DNA of 45,535 bases from a virus (lineage: Duplodnaviria; Heunggongvirae; Uroviricota; Caudoviricetes): the IMG/VR virus record IMGVR_UViG_3300029305_011610, positions 77,395 to 122,929 of that record. One strand, 5' to 3'. Below are positions 39,375 to 45,535 of this stretch, one piece after another. How positions within the stretch are numbered: position 1 is the first letter of the stretch; the number at the start of each line of letters is the position of its first letter. The position numbers and the translations under genes are program-made. Under the pieces are notes generated by a model, which was not told where the DNA came from, did no database searches, and saw nothing but the letters and a program-made list of their open reading frames with translations.

Positions 39375-42058
39375 CTATTACAGAAGCTTTAATTAAATTG
39401 CGTGATGATATAAAAACTTGGTGTACTAACAATTTTCTTGCCGTAAAAGAGAGTATCGTTCAATCAGACTACGCGCAGAACGATACAACAGCTCTTGATT
39501 ATGTGAAAAACAGACTCGCATGGACTGAATGTGAAGCTGGAACTGAAATCTTACCCGAAACCACTATCACTATAACAGATAGTGGTTATTTTCAAGATGG
39601 TGCTATCGGTTTACAAGAAGGTCAAAATTATATTGTAAATTGGAATGGTACAGAATATGAATGCGAATGTGCATATATTGAAGACGGCGCAGATAAGATG
39701 TTTTGTGTTGGCAATCTTGAAATTGCAGGAATTGGTAACAGTACTGGTGAGCCATTTATGATTACCGATAGTGTTGCAGAAGATACTCATGCTATCATTA
39801 CTACTTCTGGTGACGGAGATTATACTGTAAGTATTGGTAAACTTATAGAAAACATCCACAAGATTAACCCTAAATATCTTCCAGAAGGAGGTTTTGGGTA
39901 CACCGAGGAAAAGTGTAAGATGCTTTTTTCACAAAGTAGTATTACTTTTAGTGATGGCATGTATGCCGAAGAAGACATGATTGGTCTACAAAAAGGAAAG
40001 AAATATACCGTAGCTTTTAATGGAGAGGTATTTGAATGCGTCGCTAAAAATATTATGATAGATGTAAATAACAGCGCTGTATATATTGGCAATGAACGGA
40101 TTGCTGGCGGCGAAGATACCGGGGAGCCGTTTGCTTGTGCAGACATTATTGAAAGCGGACAGAGTGTTTTTATTATTACTAACTTTGATGACAGCACTGA
40201 AAACTGTACAATATCTATCACGGGATCATTGGAAATGGTTCATAAGATAGATACGAAATTCTTGCCCAATACAACCAAAGACTATGTAGAAAATGACCCA
40301 ACATCTCCAAATTATATTGCAAATAGGCCTTGCTATAATGGTGAATTGATAATCGACTGTGAAGAGATAATCGCTAATGGCGCAACTACCGTTGGTAATG
40401 GTTCGTTATATAGGTATGTTAAAATTCATGAATACCTCCCCCCTGGTGATTGGGTATATGATACTGTGCAAAACGGCTTTAACCTTAAAAAATCGTGCGA
40501 TTTAGCCATTACACATTATGGCTGGAGCTTGTCTAATGGCGACGGAAAACAACTATTTGGGGTAAGCGAAGAAGCGGTTGCTAGTGGTGCAATTACTATA
40601 GATCTAGTTGGTGAAGTGTCTGAATCCGGTATTTATTCGGTTTATATTATAGGCATGGGAGCTGAGTACAAATATATTCTGTCAACACTCAAACCATTAG
40701 ATAACTCTATGCTGTTGATTGGATATGACGACTTAATTCAAAAGCCGTTTAGCTGTAATGAAAAAGAACAACTTATTGGATTTTATGAGCCAGGCCGCGG
40801 TGCCACAGTTATTAAAGACCATATTGGTTACCAATCTCGAATTAACTTTCATAGATTTCATTACCGATGCCTCGCCGAAGATGAAATCATTGGTGCGGAA
40901 CTTGTTTTAAATGACGGCTCTACAAAAATAATAACAGCAGACGATATAATAAAAGCTAACGATCGGGGTTTTTGGGAAGTCGAAAATTTACTATTATGTA
41001 CAGACAACACTGGCTACCTTTCTTTAGGGGGTTGTGATTATCATTTTACAAATATCGGTCTTTATACCACTGACTATACCGGTACATATGTCACAGAAAT
41101 AGTACTACCAACAAAAATTGAGCAGCTTGATATCAAATTCCTGCCTGACGCAATTCCCAAAGTCGAAACAGCAGAAGTCGGTCAAACACTTGTTGTAAAA
41201 GCTGTTGACGGGGATGGTAAACCTATCGAATGGGAAGTTATGAGTTTAGGTCTTGGCGAAGAAGTTCTTGGTAATTTAAGTGATAGCACCACTTTAATTG
41301 TAGAAGATGATGGTATAATCAGACGTTTCCCTGTTAGCGAATTTGGTGCTGGCTATACCGATAAAGGTGAAACCGTGTTGACTCTCGCACTGACAAACGG
41401 TGCGGCGCAAATTGAAGCGACTTCCGATGTATTGGAAGTCGGAAAGACTTACACCATCCGTACAGACAGCGGCGAATACACTGGCGAATGTAGGCACAGC
41501 TCTGCGTATGGTGCTGATGTTAAACACATCGGGAATTGTGGGCTTATCCTTCCAGATCTGATGACTAATAATGGGCTCCCCTACGGCGTTGTGTATGTCA
41601 ATAACACCAACCCCGAAATGGGCGAAGTTGGTACATTCTACGGAGCGGCAGACACAAACGGCGGGAGTACCATTACCGTCTCCATCCCCGACGTTATCCA
41701 CACCATCGACCCGAAGTATCTGCCCTCTGGTATTGGTGGTGGTCTGCAACGCATTGAACTGAACCCTTCTGACTTTGCGGAAGTAGACAGCGACGAAACA
41801 TATCTGCTTGCTACGATTGTTAAAGAAAAGAGTGACCTGCTTACCGAAACTGCAAAAAAAGAAGAGCCTATTATTCTGAAAGTTAACTTAGGTAATGGCG
41901 CACAAGTTTGCATTCTAAACTGGAAAGATAGTGGTAGTATTCCAGTATATTCTTGCGCCGATATAAGTGGTGATACGATGCTGTGCTATGAATTGTACTT
42001 TGATAATACAACAGGCTATTGGGTGTTTAACGTGACAATATTCGTCTTATCTGCATGA
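39371..42058 (+). CDS. Modular tail fibre protein
   Basis: TTG start overlapping the RT stop; QSDYAQND...DYVKNR motif; repeated modules ending in I/VHxIxxKY/FLP. Confidence 0.75.
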   Translation: MTITEALIKLRDDIKTWCTNNFLAVKESIVQSDYAQNDTTALDYVKNRLAWTECEAGTEILPETTITITDSGYFQDGAIGLQEGQNYIVNWNGTEYECECAYIEDGADKMFCVGNLEIAGIGNSTGEPFMITDSVAEDTHAIITTSGDGDYTVSIGKLIENIHKINPKYLPEGGFGYTEEKCKMLFSQSSITFSDGMYAEEDMIGLQKGKKYTVAFNGEVFECVAKNIMIDVNNSAVYIGNERIAGGEDTGEPFACADIIESGQSVFIITNFDDSTENCTISITGSLEMVHKIDTKFLPNTTKDYVENDPTSPNYIANRPCYNGELIIDCEEIIANGATTVGNGSLYRYVKIHEYLPPGDWVYDTVQNGFNLKKSCDLAITHYGWSLSNGDGKQLFGVSEEAVASGAITIDLVGEVSESGIYSVYIIGMGAEYKYILSTLKPLDNSMLLIGYDDLIQKPFSCNEKEQLIGFYEPGRGATVIKDHIGYQSRINFHRFHYRCLAEDEIIGAELVLNDGSTKIITADDIIKANDRGFWEVENLLLCTDNTGYLSLGGCDYHFTNIGLYTTDYTGTYVTEIVLPTKIEQLDIKFLPDAIPKVETAEVGQTLVVKAVDGDGKPIEWEVMSLGLGEEVLGNLSDSTTLIVEDDGIIRRFPVSEFGAGYTDKGETVLTLALTNGAAQIEATSDVLEVGKTYTIRTDSGEYTGECRHSSAYGADVKHIGNCGLILPDLMTNNGLPYGVVYVNNTNPEMGEVGTFYGAADTNGGSTITVSIPDVIHTIDPKYLPSGIGGGLQRIELNPSDFAEVDSDETYLLATIVKEKSDLLTETAKKEEPIILKVNLGNGAQVCILNWKDSGSIPVYSCADISGDTMLCYELYFDNTTGYWVFNVTIFVLSA

Positions 42059-42128
42059 CCTACCCCCTAAACCTACTCGACCTAATCTTCACGCTGTACG
42101 CACAAAAGCTATGGCAATAAAAGTGCTT

Positions 42129-42154
42129 AACACCACCCGTATACGGGTGGTGTT
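42129..42154. terminator. Perfect 26-bp palindrome, probable terminator
   Basis: AACACCACCCGTA|TACGGGTGGTGTT followed by TT. Confidence 0.7.
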
Positions 42155-42201
42155 TTAATAATCTTGATACTTGTAAAATTAGTAATTAAAGGAATGGACG
42201 T

Positions 42202-43023
42202 ATGAAAAGAGAAGATAACACAGAATATATTTTAAACTTGAGCTACGGCAAAGACAGCCTTGCTTGCCTAGGGGCAATTAAAGAACTAGGTTGGCCTCTT
42301 GACCGTATTGTTCACGTGGAGGTATGGGCTACGGACACCATTCCAGCCGACCTTCCGCCTATGGTCGAGTTTAAAAAGAAGGCAGATGCGATCATAAAAG
42401 AGCGGTTTGGTATCGAAGTTGAACATGTATGTGCTATGCGTACAATCGTCACCAAGAGAGAGAGAGTAAGCTTCGAAGGAGAATTTTATAAGAGTTATTT
42501 TAGCAAAAAGATTAATGATGACCGGATAACTGGATTCCCAATAATACGAGGATCATGGTGTACTAGAGCACTGAAAACTAACGTTCTGAATCATATCAAA
42601 CCCCATTTTGGCGACAATGTAGTTACCTATATTGGAATTGCAGCTGATGAGTCAGAACGAGTATTAAGACATAGCGTTACAGGGAAAGCACTTCCGCTTG
42701 TAGCTATTGGCTGGGATGAAGCATACTGTCGTAAATGGTGTGAGGAAAACGACCTACTTTCCCCTATTTATACCGATTGTCAGCGTGGTGGTTGTTGGTT
42801 TTGTCATAATCAAAGTGTTGATCAGCTCAGAAAGCTTAGAAAGAACTATCCTGAATATTGGGCTATTCTCATGAAGTGGGATTTAGATAGCCCTGTAACA
42901 TTTAAACCCGGCGGTATTACTGTCCACGACTTCGATAAGAGGTTTGCGGCAGAAGAAGCCGGATTTTTTAATGGCAAAAAACGATTTCTGTGGAAGTCTT
43001 TAGACAATTTTCAATATCCATAA
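42202..43023 (+). CDS. PAPS reductase-like (adenine nucleotide alpha-hydrolase) protein
   Basis: PP-loop LSYGKDS, RGSWCTRALK, YIGIAADESER and RGGCWFC. Confidence 0.8.
   Translation: MKREDNTEYILNLSYGKDSLACLGAIKELGWPLDRIVHVEVWATDTIPADLPPMVEFKKKADAIIKERFGIEVEHVCAMRTIVTKRERVSFEGEFYKSYFSKKINDDRITGFPIIRGSWCTRALKTNVLNHIKPHFGDNVVTYIGIAADESERVLRHSVTGKALPLVAIGWDEAYCRKWCEENDLLSPIYTDCQRGGCWFCHNQSVDQLRKLRKNYPEYWAILMKWDLDSPVTFKPGGITVHDFDKRFAAEEAGFFNGKKRFLWKSLDNFQYP
42455..42466 (+). repeat. (AG)6 simple sequence repeat inside the PAPS reductase-like gene
   Basis: ACCA-AGAGAGAGAGAG-TAAG, encoding KRERV. Confidence 0.8.
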
Positions 43024-43075
43024 TTTTTAAAGAGGGTCTCCCCTCTTCTGATATTTATGAAGGAGGCGATACGCT

Positions 43076-43975
43076 ATGTCTGTAAAAACATATGCTAAAG
43101 CTAACTCCGTAGAACTATCGGAGAATTTTTCTTCCCATGAGTTCAACTGTCACGGCGACGGTTGTTGCTCTCAAACGCTAATTGATCCCAATCTAGCTCT
43201 TATCCTACAGAAGATTCGCACTCATTTTGGAGTTAAAGTCATAATCACAAGTGGATATAGATGCCCAACTCATAATAGATCAATTGGCAGTGGTACTTCT
43301 TCTTATCACGCAAAAGGAATGGCTGCAGATATCACTGTAGAGGGCGTTGCGCCGAGAGAAGTAGCCAAATATGCTGAAAGCATTGGCGTCCTCGGTATTG
43401 GCCTGTACGAAACAAGCGCTGACGGTTATTTTGTACATATCGACACACGAACAAGAAAGTATTTCTGGTACGGGCAGTCACAAGCTTACCGTTCTACCTT
43501 TGGCGGTACACCTGTTGCAGTAACTCCTCCCACAGAATCACAAACCCCTGCTACCCAGATTCTAATGCTTCGTGGCAGTAAGGGTATTCAGGTCAAAGCA
43601 ATGCAGGAGAAGCTAATTGCTCTCGGTTACGACTTAGGCGTACATGGTGCTGACGGTGATTTTGGTCAAATGACCGATATTGCAGTGCGTAGCTTCCAAG
43701 CTGCAAATGGTCTTGTAGAAGATGGAAAAGCCGGGCAAAAGACTTTGGATGCTCTTGATAATGCGTATGAAAAAGCCGATAAGACTATTGTTAACAATGG
43801 TTTTAAGGTAAAGATTCTTGCAAGTGTATTGTATGTACGATCCGGTGCAGGAATGAACTATCCCATTATTGGGAAAGTTAAGAGGAATTCTGTTCAGACT
43901 ATCCTCGAAGAAAAGGATGGGTGGGGCAGAATCGCAAACGGATGGATCAGCTCTTCCTATTACCAGAAATTATAA
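43076..43975 (+). CDS. Endolysin: peptidase M15 + PG-binding + SH3b domains
   Basis: SGYRCPTHN, SYHAKGMAAD, FVHIDTR (M15); LALGY..G..GADGDFG..T..AVR.FQ (PG_binding_1); LYVRSGAG...GWGRI (SH3). Confidence 0.9.
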   Translation: MSVKTYAKANSVELSENFSSHEFNCHGDGCCSQTLIDPNLALILQKIRTHFGVKVIITSGYRCPTHNRSIGSGTSSYHAKGMAADITVEGVAPREVAKYAESIGVLGIGLYETSADGYFVHIDTRTRKYFWYGQSQAYRSTFGGTPVAVTPPTESQTPATQILMLRGSKGIQVKAMQEKLIALGYDLGVHGADGDFGQMTDIAVRSFQAANGLVEDGKAGQKTLDALDNAYEKADKTIVNNGFKVKILASVLYVRSGAGMNYPIIGKVKRNSVQTILEEKDGWGRIANGWISSSYYQKL

Positions 43976-44001
43976 TTACAGGAGATAGGTGATGGTGTGA
44001 G

Positions 44002-44616
44002 ATGATACCTTATATCGAATATTTAAACATGCCGACCAAAGTAGCTATTGCTCTGGTCGGTCTGTTTTTAGCAATGAACATTGTAGGTGAGCTACTGGAA
44101 TTTAAGGGGAAAATCGTTCCTGAGTTTGTGAAGATTAGAAAGTACTTTGCACGCAAAAAGAAGGAACGAGAAGATTTTATGAAGGCTGCGCAGCTGTTAA
44201 GCGAAGTTAATATGCACTATAACGCCGACAATATCGCAAAGAGAGATAAATGGATGGATTGGGTAAATGAACGAGCCGAAGTGTACGATAAATCCATTAT
44301 CGAGATTAAGCAGGACTTTAGTAATGTTGCGGAGGCTTTGATGGCAAATACAAAGATGACTGAGGAGATGTTTGTTCAAAGCAGCCGAGATAGAATAATC
44401 GATTTCGCAGCTAAGGCCGGAAATGAAAATTCAATGGTATCAAGAGAAGAATTCAATAGAATTTTCAAGGTATATGAGAAATACGAAAAGTTCCTCGAAG
44501 ATCATGGACTTACTAACGGTGAAATTGATATTTCGTATCAAATCATTCGAGAATCCTACGAAAAACACATGAAGAACCATACATTCATTGAGGATATCCG
44601 TGGTTACAGTGTTTAA
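44002..44616 (+). CDS. Membrane-anchored lysis-module protein
   Basis: One N-terminal hydrophobic segment; lies between the lysin and the holin. Confidence 0.6.
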   Translation: MIPYIEYLNMPTKVAIALVGLFLAMNIVGELLEFKGKIVPEFVKIRKYFARKKKEREDFMKAAQLLSEVNMHYNADNIAKRDKWMDWVNERAEVYDKSIIEIKQDFSNVAEALMANTKMTEEMFVQSSRDRIIDFAAKAGNENSMVSREEFNRIFKVYEKYEKFLEDHGLTNGEIDISYQIIRESYEKHMKNHTFIEDIRGYSV

Positions 44617-44630
44617 ATATCAGAAAGGAT

Positions 44631-44903
44631 GTGATTCCTTTGGGAAAGAAGAAGTTTGAGTTCTCTAAGTGGATTGCAAGCGTAATCGGCGTACTGAATG
44701 TGGGTGTTATACTTTTTACCTGCATTATGATTTGGAGAACTAACGACTTAACACCGTTCGCATACCTGATTCCTTCTCTGGAGGCAGCGTCTGCTATTTG
44801 CATTAATGCATACTACTCCAAAGCAAAGAAGGAAAATCAGATCAAGCTGATGAAAGCATATGGCGTAGAACCAACAGAAGCTTCATTCAGCGAACATTTT
44901 TAA
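44631..44903 (+). CDS. Small two-TM protein, putative holin/antiholin
   Basis: Two hydrophobic segments and a basic N-terminus; the start may be TTG 44640. Confidence 0.55.
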   Translation: MIPLGKKKFEFSKWIASVIGVLNVGVILFTCIMIWRTNDLTPFAYLIPSLEAASAICINAYYSKAKKENQIKLMKAYGVEPTEASFSEHF

Positions 44904-44918
44904 GAAAAGAGGAATACT

Positions 44919-45209
44919 ATGATTGATTTAACTCAGGTTGTTGTCGCTCTTATCGGCTTATTGAGCGTGGTTATTTCTACTGTGCTTGTTCCATATCTGA
45001 GACAGAAAAATACTGCAGAGCAGATGGCGCAGATTGAATTCTGGGTGTCTGTAGCTGTTCAGGCGGCTGAAATGATTTATGTTGGTACTGGTCGCGGCGA
45101 AGAAAAGAAGGCTTATGTTGTCGAGTTCCTGAACAGCAAGGGCTTTACTATTGACATGGCAAGCATCGATGCAATGATTGAAGCAGCAGTGCTTGCACTA
45201 AAGAAATAA
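44919..45209 (+). CDS. Holin, LL-H-like family
   Basis: One TM segment, then WVSVAVQAAEMIY..GRGEEKKAYV...IDAMIEAAV. Confidence 0.8.
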   Translation: MIDLTQVVVALIGLLSVVISTVLVPYLRQKNTAEQMAQIEFWVSVAVQAAEMIYVGTGRGEEKKAYVVEFLNSKGFTIDMASIDAMIEAAVLALKK

Positions 45210-45262
45210 AAAATAATCTTACATAACTTTAGTGGGTGTAGTTATCGTAAGATAATATGATT

Positions 45263-45297
45263 AAGCGGGTTGTCGAAAGACAGCCCGCTTTCTTTTT
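45263..45297 (+). terminator. Intrinsic terminator ending the late operon
   Basis: AAGCGGGTTGTC-GAAA-GACAGCCCGCTT followed by TCTTTTT. Confidence 0.8.
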
Positions 45298-45535
45298 ACC
45301 CAATGACCGTCTGAGATAAAGTATAGGGAGCTTTCAGACTATGTCAGAGCAAGGTTATGGGCGTAAAACAAGCCCGTTAAAAGTTCTCAGGAGAGCTCAA
45401 GCGAGGTGCGAGTTTTATATTCATTTCGGGGAAATAAAAAAAGGCAGAGCTAGGACAAACCCGGCTCTGCCTTATCGAAGTATTATTTTGTATTACAGAT
45501 TTTATTACAGATTGAGAGTGACTCACAGTGACTGA

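Noticed and set aside
39371-45209. A second VR for the DGR
   Set aside because: I saw no other TR-like sequence by eye in the window; remote targets outside the window cannot be excluded.
1-45535. Minus-strand ORFs in the track; CRISPR arrays, tRNA or rRNA genes
   Set aside because: The minus-strand ORFs are shadows of + strand genes with no RBS or motifs. I recognised no regularly spaced repeats or structural RNA genes other than the introns.
45341-45535. ORF at the right edge
   Set aside because: It is truncated, lies after the terminator and has no recognisable motif; it cannot be supported.

Overview
Virion morphogenesis and lysis region of a large tailed (siphovirus-like) phage or prophage, probably of a Firmicutes/Clostridia host. 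Gene order resembles SPbeta-like phages. All credible genes are on the + strand: tyrosine recombinase 3' end, HU-like protein, putative small terminase, large terminase, portal, prohead protease/scaffold, decoration protein, major capsid, head-tail genes, major tail, RusA-like resolvase, tape measure, Dit, tail hub, several baseplate/fibre genes, PAPS-reductase-like gene, M15 endolysin and holins. Four things are not visible from the ORF track alone. (1) Five group I introns: three split terL into 4 exons (599 aa after splicing) and two split the tape measure into 3 exons, one a 19-nt micro-exon (2071 aa). Two introns carry endonuclease ORFs, one of them frameshifted. (2) A diversity-generating retroelement: a 136-nt TR/VR pair with 15 mismatches, all at TR adenines; no avd in the window; RT motif YMDN. 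(3) A translationally coupled trio inside the tail module: a Hint-domain protein lacking the terminal His-Asn, a glycogen-synthase-like glycosyltransferase, and a UppS-like cis-prenyltransferase. This is the best candidate for an undescribed system. (4) An AT-rich moron whose membrane-protein gene appears to start at ATT/ATC. Product names come from motif recognition and synteny only; no database searches were run.
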